Shown here: in pieces, positions 19,434 to 27,544 of the stretch
Position numbering within the stretch: the first letter of the stretch is position 1
Layout of the letters: each line of letters starts with the position of its first letter
Source: Akkermansiaceae bacterium
GTDB taxonomy: Bacteria > Gemmatimonadota > Gemmatimonadetes > Palauibacterales > Palauibacteraceae
NCBI GenBank assembly: GCA_964195715.1
Contig: CAXMRU010000224.1
Coordinates: 13,601-77,600 of the forward strand
Length of the DNA: 64,000 nt
Direction: 5' to 3'
The notes under the pieces: model-generated
The model's input: only the letters and a program-made list of their open reading frames with translations
What the model was told of the DNA's origin: nothing
The model's database searches: none
Translations under genes and position numbers: made by a program

Positions 19434-21275
19434 TCATCGATCGATCTCGCCCAGGACGATGTCGATGGACGCATTACAGGTGATCACGTCAGAGACGAGT
19501 CCTCCCTCCACCATGTGAGGAAGCGAAGCGAGATTCACGAACGAGGGACCGCGGAATCGGCACCGAACGGGCTTCGATCCGCCATCGGAAATGATCCCGA
19601 AGCCGAGCTCGCCCTTGGTGGCCTCGATCGAGTACCAGACATCGCCCGCCGGAACCTGAAGACCCTCCATGACGAGCTTGAAGTGCGAGATCATGGCGTC
19701 GATCGAGGACATGGCCTCGCTCTTGTCCGGCAGGATCACCGCAGGATCCTGCACGTTGATCGGCCCACCCGGCAGCCGGTCCAGGGCCTGCTGGATGATC
19801 CGCACGCTCTGCCGCATCTCCTCGAGACGAACCAGGTAGCGATCATACGTGTCGCCCACCACCCCCACCGGCACGTCGAAGTCGTACTCATCGTACCCGA
19901 GGTACGGACGAGCCTTGCGGACGTCGTACGCCACGCCACTCCCACGAAGGTTCGGACCCGTGAGTCCGAAATCGAGAGCCGTCTCGGCGTCGATCACCCC
20001 GACATCGATCATCCGCCCCTGCCAGATCGAGTTCCTGGTCAGGAGTCTCTCGGTCTCGTCGAGGGTCGCGGGCAGGCCTTCGACGAACTCGCGACAGGCC
20101 TCCACCCACCCGACGGGCAGGTCCGCAAGCATGCCTCCCACGCGGGTGGCCGATGTAGTGATCCGCCCGCCGCAGTACGCCTCGTGGAGATTGTAGATGC
20201 GCTCGCGCTCCGAGAACGTGTACAGAAATACCGTCGTCGCGCCGAGATCCATCGCGCCCGTGCCCAACCACAGCAGGTGGCCCAGAATCCGGTTCAGCTC
20301 GCTCAGGATGACGCGGACAACGCGGCAGCGTGGCGTGATCTCTACTCCCAGCAAGCTCTCGACGGCGAGGACATAGCCGACGTTATAGAGCATGGGCGCC
20401 AGGTAGTCCATCCGGTCCGTGTACGGAATCACCTGGTTCCACTCGCGGTACTCGCACGTCTTCTCGATGCCGGTGTGCAGGTAGCCGATGTGGGGAATGC
20501 ACCGCACGACGGTCTCGCCGTCAAGCTGCAGCACGAGCCGGAGGACGCCGTGCGTGGCCGGGTGCTGGGGCCCCATGTTGATGACCATCTTCTGGCCTGC
20601 CAGATCGTCCGGTGCCTCCTGCCCGCCCTCGGGGCCCGGAACCTCTGGAGCCTCCGTCTCGAGGACGCCAGCCAGCGCGAGCTCCTCCCTTGCGTAGACA
20701 TCCTCCATCGAACGATTGAGGGCGCGCCTCACCTGCTCGGAACGCGTGAATCGACCCCGCAGCGGAAAGTCCTTTCGAAGCGGGAAGCCCTCGTCGTAGT
20801 TCTCCGGCATCAGGATTCGCCGAAGGTCGGGGTGGTCCGCAAAGTGCACACCGTACATGTCATAGACTTCACGCTCGAGCCAGTCGGCCGCCGCGTACAG
20901 GTCCACAGCACTCTGGACGGACAGTTCCGAACGCGGCAGGAGCACCAGGAGCCGCAGCATGTGACCATGCCGCATCGACCACAGCTGGTACCACACCTGG
21001 ATCACGAGGTCACCGCCGGGATCGGCCCCCATCACGTCGAGCAGCAGGTCATAGCTCTGACCCGCATCGGTCTTCAGGAAGCTCAGCGCCTCGTGAATTC
21101 GCGCCGGCTCAATCGTGATCACAGGAGTGCCGACCGGATCTATCCGGACCGCACGGACTGCTTCTCCGAAACGGCTCCGCAACGTCTGGACCGATGGGCT
21201 CTGCTCCGCGTCGATCAGCGGCTCCGTACCGATCACCAGTTCAGGTATGGATGGTGCTGCAAGGGTTGAAGGCAT
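19434..21275 (-). CDS. nuoCD: NADH-quinone oxidoreductase fused subunits C and D
   Basis: 613 aa single ORF. The N-terminal ~190 aa resemble NuoC (30 kDa). After a Pro/Glu-rich linker the remainder is NuoD (49 kDa; MVINMGPQHPATHGVLRL...). There is no stop codon or frameshift between the halves. Confidence 0.9.
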   Translation of the reverse strand: MPSTLAAPSIPELVIGTEPLIDAEQSPSVQTLRSRFGEAVRAVRIDPVGTPVITIEPARIHEALSFLKTDAGQSYDLLLDVMGADPGGDLVIQVWYQLWSMRHGHMLRLLVLLPRSELSVQSAVDLYAAADWLEREVYDMYGVHFADHPDLRRILMPENYDEGFPLRKDFPLRGRFTRSEQVRRALNRSMEDVYAREELALAGVLETEAPEVPGPEGGQEAPDDLAGQKMVINMGPQHPATHGVLRLVLQLDGETVVRCIPHIGYLHTGIEKTCEYREWNQVIPYTDRMDYLAPMLYNVGYVLAVESLLGVEITPRCRVVRVILSELNRILGHLLWLGTGAMDLGATTVFLYTFSERERIYNLHEAYCGGRITTSATRVGGMLADLPVGWVEACREFVEGLPATLDETERLLTRNSIWQGRMIDVGVIDAETALDFGLTGPNLRGSGVAYDVRKARPYLGYDEYDFDVPVGVVGDTYDRYLVRLEEMRQSVRIIQQALDRLPGGPINVQDPAVILPDKSEAMSSIDAMISHFKLVMEGLQVPAGDVWYSIEATKGELGFGIISDGGSKPVRCRFRGPSFVNLASLPHMVEGGLVSDVITCNASIDIVLGEIDR

Positions 21276-21278
21276 TGC

Positions 21279-21980
21279 TCAGTCCTGGTGCTCCAGGAGA
21301 CGCTCGCGGCGATCCCGGGGACGTCGAACGGCGGAGGTTGCCTCCACGCCGCTCACGCGGTTCTGACCGGTCGAGTTGCCAAACGGCTGGGCCACGAGCT
21401 CGATGGCCTCAGGCGGCAGGTTGGGCTGGCCCGCGGAGTCCGGACTCTCTTCCCGGTGCACCGGGTTCATCAGGGACTCTCCCTTGATCTTCTCCTGGAT
21501 CATCATGAGACCGTACAGAAGGCTCTCCGGCCGCGGCGGGCAGCCTGGAATGTAGACATCGACCGGCACGAGCTGGTCGATTCCCTGTACGATCGTGTAG
21601 TTGTCGAACATCCCCCCCGAGCTGGCGCACGCCCCCATCGAGATGCACCACTTGGGCTGAGGCATCTGGTCCCAGATCCGTCTGAGGATCGGAGCCATCT
21701 TATAGGACACCCGCCCGGCCACGATCATCAGGTCGGCCTGGCGGGGGCTGAACGAAAACCGCTCAGCGCCGAAGCGGGCGATGTCGAACTTGGATGTGGC
21801 CGATGCCATCATCTCGATCGCGCAGCACGCCGTTCCCATCGGCATCGGCCACAGCGAATTGCGACGCGACCAGTTAACCACTGCATCGACTTTGGTGGTG
21901 ATCCACGACACGGGGGCCCCGGTGTCCACGTCCCCGCCCGCCGGGTTCATTGTCGGAAGCCTCTTTCGTTCATCGGCCAT
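21279..21980 (-). CDS. nuoB: NADH-quinone oxidoreductase subunit B (20 kDa, N2 cluster), with a ~60 aa C-terminal extension
   Basis: [20 protein letters not shown] and GCPPRPE cysteine motifs are typical of NuoB. The extra C-terminal tail is Arg/Glu-rich. Confidence 0.9.
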   Translation of the reverse strand: MADERKRLPTMNPAGGDVDTGAPVSWITTKVDAVVNWSRRNSLWPMPMGTACCAIEMMASATSKFDIARFGAERFSFSPRQADLMIVAGRVSYKMAPILRRIWDQMPQPKWCISMGACASSGGMFDNYTIVQGIDQLVPVDVYIPGCPPRPESLLYGLMMIQEKIKGESLMNPVHREESPDSAGQPNLPPEAIELVAQPFGNSTGQNRVSGVEATSAVRRPRDRRERLLEHQD

Positions 21981-21983
21981 GCG

Positions 21984-22340
21984 TCAGTCCCACTCCAGCG
22001 CACCCTTCCTCCACGCGTAGGCCAGCCCCACGGCGAGGACGAAGATGAAGATGAACATCTCGATCAGTCCGAAGAGCCCCAGATCTCGGAAAACGACCGC
22101 CCAGGGCAGGAAGAATATTACTTCGATATCGAACACGATGAAGAGCATCGCGACGATGTAGAACTTGACCGAATAGCGCTGCCTCGTATCACCCAGGGGG
22201 TCGATGCCCGACTCATACGGCATCGCCTTGACAGCGCTTGGCCGATATGCGCTAGCCAGGTGAGACAGCAGGAGGAACATGCCCGAAGTGAGCAATCCGA
22301 CAACGAACAGTATCATGACGCCGATGTATGCCTGCTTCAT
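21984..22340 (-). CDS. nuoA: NADH-quinone oxidoreductase subunit A
   Basis: 118 aa three-helix subunit (PYESG motif). First gene of the operon. Confidence 0.9.
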   Translation of the reverse strand: MKQAYIGVMILFVVGLLTSGMFLLLSHLASAYRPSAVKAMPYESGIDPLGDTRQRYSVKFYIVAMLFIVFDIEVIFFLPWAVVFRDLGLFGLIEMFIFIFVLAVGLAYAWRKGALEWD

Positions 22341-22357
22341 CGCCCGTCCACATCGTT

Positions 22358-22373
22358 TGTGAAATTGTTCACG
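22358..22373. promoter_or_regulatory. candidate CRP/FNR-family binding palindrome TGTGAAATTGTTCACG (TGTGA-N6-TCACg) between nuoA and the divergent hydrolase gene
   Basis: Read directly from the sequence. It matches the CRP consensus TGTGA-N6-TCACA at 9 of 10 half-site positions, and its centre lies about 27 nt upstream of the nuoA ATG. Confidence 0.35.
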
Positions 22374-22474
22374 AACCGTGCCGATAATAGCGCTGCCCGC
22401 TGTGTAGCGTCAAGCAAGCGGGCACGGCCACCGAAAACACGCTATTATGCTGTCATACAGGCTTTTTCGGCACT

Positions 22475-23380
22475 TTGGCGAGTGTTTCGCGGGGCCGCGC
22501 GACACAAGAGAGCATGGTCGGCGTTCCGGGACAAGTGTTAGAACGAATCGAGACGTCGGACGGTCGCCTCGCGGTGGAACGGCATGGCCCCGCGGAAGGC
22601 CAACCGGTGATCGTCTGCCTCCACGGTTTGAGCGCGAACCGCGCAACATGGAGACCGGTTGCACGTCGTCTGGCCGACCGGCACCAGTTCCTGCTGATGG
22701 ACCTGCTGGGGCGAGGCGACTCCGACACCGCCCCCCACGCCCGCTACGACCTGGACTCGGAGGTCAGGAGGTTGGTTTCGGCGCTCGAGCGGATGCGGGT
22801 GCTCCGCCCCGTTCTCGCCGGCCATTCCCACGGCGCAGCCATCGCACTCGCGGCAGCCGAGCATCTCGATGCCCGGGGCCTCTTCCTCGTAAACCCCATC
22901 ACTCCCGATGTGCGCCGACCGGCGCTCCTCGGTTTGCTCTCCCTTCCTTTCGTTCGCTCCGGCCTCGGACCGGTGCTGCGCATCTTCCGCCGACCGCTCA
23001 CTCGCTATATCCTCGTGCGGCGAGTGTTCGCAGACGACCGCTATGTCACGAACGAAACAGTGAGCCGGTACGCGACTCCGTGGCGTGATCCGGATAGGGC
23101 GGCCGCGCTCCCCGGGATCCTGGGTGCCTGGAACCCCGAGGAGCTGAGGCCGTGGGCGCGGCGAGCCGACCGGCCCGTCAGAGTTGTGGCCGGCGCGCAC
23201 GACCGGCGCATCGGAGCGGAGTTGGCTCGGAGGTGGGCGGGAGAGCTGGGCGCCTCGTTCGACCTGCTGCCGGACTGTGGACACTCGGCACCGGAGGAAA
23301 AACCCGACGAGACTGCTGCGCTTCTCGCGAATCTGCTGCATACAGTCCAGGACAGGGAAAGAGGATACGACACAGAATGA
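22475..23380 (+). CDS. alpha/beta-fold hydrolase
   Basis: 301 aa. Has an HGxxxN-type oxyanion region (VCLHGLSAN), a GHSHG nucleophile elbow and a C-terminal DCGHS catalytic His. The start may be the Met at 22514. The stop overlaps the dcd start (ATGA). Confidence 0.75.
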   Translation: MASVSRGRATQESMVGVPGQVLERIETSDGRLAVERHGPAEGQPVIVCLHGLSANRATWRPVARRLADRHQFLLMDLLGRGDSDTAPHARYDLDSEVRRLVSALERMRVLRPVLAGHSHGAAIALAAAEHLDARGLFLVNPITPDVRRPALLGLLSLPFVRSGLGPVLRIFRRPLTRYILVRRVFADDRYVTNETVSRYATPWRDPDRAAALPGILGAWNPEELRPWARRADRPVRVVAGAHDRRIGAELARRWAGELGASFDLLPDCGHSAPEEKPDETAALLANLLHTVQDRERGYDTE

Positions 23381-23928
23381 TCAAGAGCGACCGCTGGATC
23401 CGACGCATGGCACGTGAACACGGGATGATCGAGCCGTTTACCGACGGCCAGGTCAGTGAGGGCGTCATCTCGTACGGGCTCTCCAGCTACGGCTATGACA
23501 TGCGCGTTTCTGACGAATTTCGGATCTTCCACAACGCCCTGTCTCCCCTCGTCGATCCTAAGTCGTTCGACGAGCGTTCCTTCATCGAATACCAGGGCGA
23601 CTTCTGCATCGTGCCTCCGAACTCCTTCGCCCTCGCGCGCTCCGTGGAGTACTTCCGCATCCCGCGCAACGTCCTGACGATCTGCGTCGGAAAGAGCACG
23701 TACGCCCGCTGCGGCATCATCACCAACGTCACTCCGTTCGAGCCCGAGTGGGAAGGCCACGTTACGCTGGAAATCAGCAATACGACTCCGCTTCCCGCCA
23801 GGATCTATGCGAACGAGGGCATTGCCCAGGTCCTGTTCTTCGAGTCGGACGAGGAGTGTGAGACGAGCTACGCCGACAAGAAGGGCAAGTACCAGGGCCA
23901 GACGGGAGTCACACCGCCCCGCCTATGA
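23377..23928 (+). CDS. dcd: dCTP deaminase
   Basis: 183 aa from the Met at 23377 ([21 protein letters not shown]...). [22 protein letters not shown] and [10 protein letters not shown] regions are typical of Dcd. The track ORF start at 23152 is over-extended into the hydrolase gene. Confidence 0.85.
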   Translation: MIKSDRWIRRMAREHGMIEPFTDGQVSEGVISYGLSSYGYDMRVSDEFRIFHNALSPLVDPKSFDERSFIEYQGDFCIVPPNSFALARSVEYFRIPRNVLTICVGKSTYARCGIITNVTPFEPEWEGHVTLEISNTTPLPARIYANEGIAQVLFFESDEECETSYADKKGKYQGQTGVTPPRL

Positions 23929-24339
23929 ACCGGCGGAGCCCGCTGCCCGTCCGGTACCGAGTCCTCGACCGTCCGAGCGAACAGCAGCAGCGGCAGCGAA
24001 TACCCAACCGAGGAGGAAGCACAGCCCTCCCAGCGGAGTAACGGCCCCCAGCCAGCGCACTCCGGTGAGCGCCAGGAGGTAGAGGCTCCCCGAGAACACG
24101 ACCGTTCCGGCGACGAACATCCAGCCGGCTCTTGCCCAATACGCATCCGGCCAGCGCTCGGTCGCCAGACCTACGAACAGGAGCGCCATCGCGTGCGTCA
24201 ACTCGTAACGCACACCCGTCTCGTAAACCGCAAGCAGGTCCGCCGGTATCCGTGATTCGAGGCCGTGAGCGCCGAACGCGCCGGCGGCCACCCCGATGAA
24301 CGCGGACGCGGCGCCGAAAAGCAGGTATTTCTTGTGCAT
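23923..24339 (-). CDS. DUF423 (YgdD-like) small inner-membrane protein
   Basis: 138 aa with four hydrophobic helices ([28 protein letters not shown]...). The track ORF 23923..25191 is a run-on into antisense of the HD-GYP gene. The Met at 24337-24339 gives the typical DUF423 size. Confidence 0.7.
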   Translation of the reverse strand: MHKKYLLFGAASAFIGVAAGAFGAHGLESRIPADLLAVYETGVRYELTHAMALLFVGLATERWPDAYWARAGWMFVAGTVVFSGSLYLLALTGVRWLGAVTPLGGLCFLLGWVFAAAAAVRSDGRGLGTGRAAGSAGS

Positions 24340-24456
24340 GACGTAAGATGGATGGACTCGAGCCGTCACGCGAGCCCGGAACTTGCACAGAATACTAGCG
24401 GCAGCGTGCATCCAGCACCGTCGTAGCACGACCGGAGACACCTTGGAAGGAACAGC

Positions 24457-25623
24457 ATGAGCAACGAGACGGACAACGCCGGGAAGCCGAGACTGGTGGT
24501 CCTCCTGGGGGACGCCGAGCTGACGCCAGAGCTGAGGGACGCCCTGGCGGCCTTCCCAGGCGTCGTGCGTACCGCGGACAACAAGCAGGCCGTGTGGGAC
24601 GGCATCGCCAAACAGGGTGAGCTGATTCTCACGGCTCTCGACCCGTCGCTTCTCGCGGACCTGGCCCGAGAGCCCGGGCGTGCGGCCGATGGCCTCCGAG
24701 CGGGCACCGAGGTCCGTGCACGATCTCCGCAGCCGTTCGAGCCTAATCGCCTGTACGAGGACGCACGCACTTACGTCGCGGACACTTTGTCGGAAGTCCG
24801 CACTGGCGGAGAGCCGGACTTTGACCAGGGCCGACTGTTCGCCGAGCGGATGCACACCGACCTCCTGCGAGACAACAGTCTCGTCAACCGGTGCCTCGAG
24901 CCGCACGAGAGCTATGACCTGGCGAGTCACTGCGTCAACGTGGCCGTCCTGGGAGGGAAGATCGCTCTCGGCATGGTGTCCGACATCGAGGACGCGGTGG
25001 AAGTCATACACGCCGGCCTGCTGCACGACATAGGCATGGCCAGGCTCCCCAAGGAAATGCTCCGCAAACAGGGCACATGGTCGGAGAAAGAGCGAGAGGC
25101 CCTCCAGCAGCACCCGATCTATGGCGCAGAGATCCTCGAGCGCTGCGCCCCGCGATGCGAGTGGCTGAAGCGAGCCGTTCTGCAGGAGCACGAGCGAGCA
25201 CGCGGCCAGGGTTATCCTTACGGTCTACGCGACGAGGATCTCGACCCGATCGCTCGGATCCTTGGAGTGGCGGACGTGTTCGAGGCCCTGGCGCACCCCC
25301 GCACGTACCGGTCTCCCTACACTGCCCTGCAGGCGCTCGAAAGAGTCGTCGGAATGCAGGAGGAGTATTTTTCACCCCAGGTAGTTTCGGCGCTTGTCAA
25401 TGAGATCTCGGCCTTCCCGCTCGACAGCTACGTGCAGATCAGCTCGGGAGAGATCGGGCGCGTGGTCGCCACGGATCCAGCTAACATACTCCGACCCCGG
25501 ATCGAGCTGGTGTGGGATGCGGACTGGAACCGTATCGAGGAGCCGAGCATGCTCGATCTTGGGGCGCGGCCCGATCTGACTGTCGCCCGTGCTCTGCTGG
25601 ATTCAGAGCTGCCCATTACCTGA
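24457..25623 (+). CDS. HD-GYP domain phosphodiesterase (putative c-di-GMP hydrolase) with an N-terminal degenerate receiver-like domain
   Basis: 388 aa. HD motif (GLLHDIGM) and HHERxxGxGYP motif (QEHERARGQGYPYG) are present. The N-terminal ~110 aa has a receiver-like alternation but no obvious phospho-acceptor Asp. Confidence 0.8.
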   Translation: MSNETDNAGKPRLVVLLGDAELTPELRDALAAFPGVVRTADNKQAVWDGIAKQGELILTALDPSLLADLAREPGRAADGLRAGTEVRARSPQPFEPNRLYEDARTYVADTLSEVRTGGEPDFDQGRLFAERMHTDLLRDNSLVNRCLEPHESYDLASHCVNVAVLGGKIALGMVSDIEDAVEVIHAGLLHDIGMARLPKEMLRKQGTWSEKEREALQQHPIYGAEILERCAPRCEWLKRAVLQEHERARGQGYPYGLRDEDLDPIARILGVADVFEALAHPRTYRSPYTALQALERVVGMQEEYFSPQVVSALVNEISAFPLDSYVQISSGEIGRVVATDPANILRPRIELVWDADWNRIEEPSMLDLGARPDLTVARALLDSELPIT

Positions 25624-25649
25624 GCAATTCCACGCAGTCGCTACCATAG

Positions 25650-25686
25650 GAGGAAGGGGGCGGAGCCAGGCGCCGCCCCCTTCCTC
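25650..25686. terminator. GC-rich hairpin (14-bp perfect stem GAGGAAGGGGGCGG / CCGCCCCCTTCCTC, 9-nt loop) between convergent HD-GYP and lipoprotein genes
   Basis: Inverted repeat read from the sequence, followed on the plus strand by GUGUUGUGG. Probable bidirectional intrinsic terminator. Confidence 0.55.
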
Positions 25687-25722
25687 GTGTTGTGGAACCT
25701 CGGTTCTTGCCTTTGCGGCTTC

Positions 25723-26772
25723 TCAGGCTGTATCAGTTGAGCTTTCGTTCGGTATGAGCACGGCAGACGTCACCGCGGACCGCCAAAGCAGTCCTACTCC
25801 CCTCCAGTGCCAGGTGTTGATCGCCTCAGCGCCTCTCTCCTTGAGTCGGATCGCGTGGTTCAGCATCCTCTGCTGGACCTCGGTTGGATTCTCGCCGATC
25901 GCTTCCTCGGCAATGACGATCATGTCCTCCGCGAGAGACAGCAGACGCTGAGCGTCCTCCACCGTGGGCCTCTCCCCATTCAGCACCGCGAACAATGCAA
26001 GCTCTTCAGCTCGATGAGCTTGGGCGACGGTCCGTCGGTACCACCCGTGCTCGAATGAGAACCTGGCCCTGTGCTGCATCTCGCCCGCCCGGAAAAGAAG
26101 GATCTCCTGCTGGAGCGTTGGATCCGGGATCAACTCCCCTGCAAGCCGAATCGCCTCTCCTCCCCGCGCGATCGCGAAGCGAGCCACCGCTTCCGGATCG
26201 AGGTCGAAATCCGGGTGACGATGGCGCATCCGGTCAGCGATCTGCAGCGCCAACACGAGACGCTCACCCGCGCCTACGAGGTCGCCGCCGTCCCGCAAGG
26301 CATACGCCTCACCCAGGAGGCCCTGGAGCCTGGCCTCGAGGTCGGTGAGGCGCGCGAACTCGTCGCTCGCCTCACCGATCCTCTCGACCAGACTCTCTAC
26401 TCGTCCAAAGAGCTCATCGATCGCCGACTCCCCGTGCCGCTCGAACATCGCCCGGACCAGCAGCATCCGGCACTCTCGGGCCTGGGTTCGGGCCGCATCC
26501 TCATCACCGTTCCTCAGGAGCTGCCGCGCTTCCCGGAAACACTCACGACCCTGCCCGAAGGGTGGCGCATCCGCCGACATCTCCATCGAAAGGGAAATGT
26601 CGTCAATCACGACCTCGGCCAGATCGGCATCCCCTACTACCTGGAGCTCCATGTCGGCATTCACGCCGAGGTCACCCGACGTGTCGCCCGGCCCGGTCGG
26701 GCTGTCGTCGCAGGCCACCGCTCCGCCCATAACCAGGGCGGCTAGCATCAGCATCCGCAGTCGCTTCGCCAT
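25723..26772 (-). CDS. hypothetical alpha-helical lipoprotein
   Basis: From the Met at 26772: MAKRLRMLMLAALVMGGAVAC, a signal peptide with a lipobox-like GAVAC. About 350 aa, rich in Ala/Arg/Glu/Leu, with no recognisable catalytic motif. The track start at 26850 precedes the signal peptide. Confidence 0.6.
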   Translation of the reverse strand: MAKRLRMLMLAALVMGGAVACDDSPTGPGDTSGDLGVNADMELQVVGDADLAEVVIDDISLSMEMSADAPPFGQGRECFREARQLLRNGDEDAARTQARECRMLLVRAMFERHGESAIDELFGRVESLVERIGEASDEFARLTDLEARLQGLLGEAYALRDGGDLVGAGERLVLALQIADRMRHRHPDFDLDPEAVARFAIARGGEAIRLAGELIPDPTLQQEILLFRAGEMQHRARFSFEHGWYRRTVAQAHRAEELALFAVLNGERPTVEDAQRLLSLAEDMIVIAEEAIGENPTEVQQRMLNHAIRLKERGAEAINTWHWRGVGLLWRSAVTSAVLIPNESSTDTA

Positions 26773-26862
26773 CTCGGCCCTCCCCGTTTCGACCGGATCC
26801 TCGCCGGTCACCGTTATCGGTAGAGACAATTCAACCCCAAGACGACTCAAGCTGGCTGGAGG

Positions 26863-27429
26863 TCACTCGTCGGAAGGTTTCTTCGGGGGCTGGCGCTTGC
26901 GGCCGCGGGGCAGCGGCTCGGCCAGGTACGATTCGACGACAGGATCAAACGGGCCCAGCCGTACCATGCGTCCGAAACTGATTTCGGCGGCGGCGGTGTG
27001 GATATGCACGATGTGGAGCACACCGTCGGTGTCCTGCCACTGAGCGCGTCCGGTGCCCGGAACCGTCCCGGTCGCCTTCGTCACGACGCGTGCCTCGATA
27101 CCCGCATGGCCGGGACGGTTGAACTGGACCGCGGAGACGGGTCGAAAGTGTCGATCTCGAATCCGGCCGACGCCGATCGCTGTGATCAGGCCGACCGCGG
27201 CTGAAACGAGGACCACCAGAGGAAACCGGGGCGCCGCCGAGCCCAAGCCAAGATCGTGAATCGCTCCGTTCCAGGTCAGACCCGTCACTGCGGTGACCAC
27301 AAGTACGACGGCAGGCCGGAACAGGTCTCGATCCGCGATTCGTCCCCACGCGAAACAAGCCAGACCACCTGCTCCGGCAAGCAGGAAGACGAGGTTGTAC
27401 CAGCCCCGCAGGAAGTCCAGGTAGTTCAT
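26863..27429 (-). CDS. hypothetical membrane protein: 3 TM helices plus C-terminal OB-fold-like domain (YqiJ/NfeD-short-like)
   Basis: 188 aa. Three hydrophobic segments, then GIEARVVTKATGTVPGTGRAQWQ...VHIVHI..., a beta-rich segment resembling NfeD/YqiJ C-terminal domains, then a Lys/Pro-rich tail. It lies 12 nt upstream of the lipoprotein gene. Confidence 0.5.
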   Translation of the reverse strand: MNYLDFLRGWYNLVFLLAGAGGLACFAWGRIADRDLFRPAVVLVVTAVTGLTWNGAIHDLGLGSAAPRFPLVVLVSAAVGLITAIGVGRIRDRHFRPVSAVQFNRPGHAGIEARVVTKATGTVPGTGRAQWQDTDGVLHIVHIHTAAAEISFGRMVRLGPFDPVVESYLAEPLPRGRKRQPPKKPSDE

Positions 27430-27468
27430 TGCGACCTACAGAAGGCTGTTGAGAAAGTCAGCCCTCCA

Positions 27469-27507
27469 AAGCGGGGACCGCGCCCCCATCGAGCGCGCTC
27501 CCCGCTT
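27469..27507 (-). terminator. long interrupted GC hairpin downstream of mdh
   Basis: AAGCGGGGA...TCCCCGCTT 9-bp outer stem with an inner GCGCG pairing. Lies 38 nt past the mdh stop. No clear U-tract. Confidence 0.4.
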
Positions 27508-27544
27508 GCTGAAACCTTTGCTTCCGCTCTCCCGTTCGCGCAAC

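Noticed and set aside
17457-22541. Long plus-strand ORFs of 473, 649 and 417 aa antisense to nuoF, nuoCD and nuoB/nuoA, plus similar antisense ORFs elsewhere (28299..29750, 37200..38621, 45238..46491, 50614..51801, 52401..53192, 62194..63753)
   Set aside because: Same reasoning. Each is fully contained in the antisense of a gene with unambiguous homology-type motifs, and none carries a detectable domain signature. They are treated as GC-driven artefacts.
24340-25191. Upstream part of the track ORF 23923..25191 (minus strand), which would make the DUF423 protein 422 aa
   Set aside because: The extension is antisense to the HD-GYP gene, which has clear catalytic motifs. DUF423 proteins are about 120-140 aa, and an internal Met at 24337-24339 gives exactly that size.
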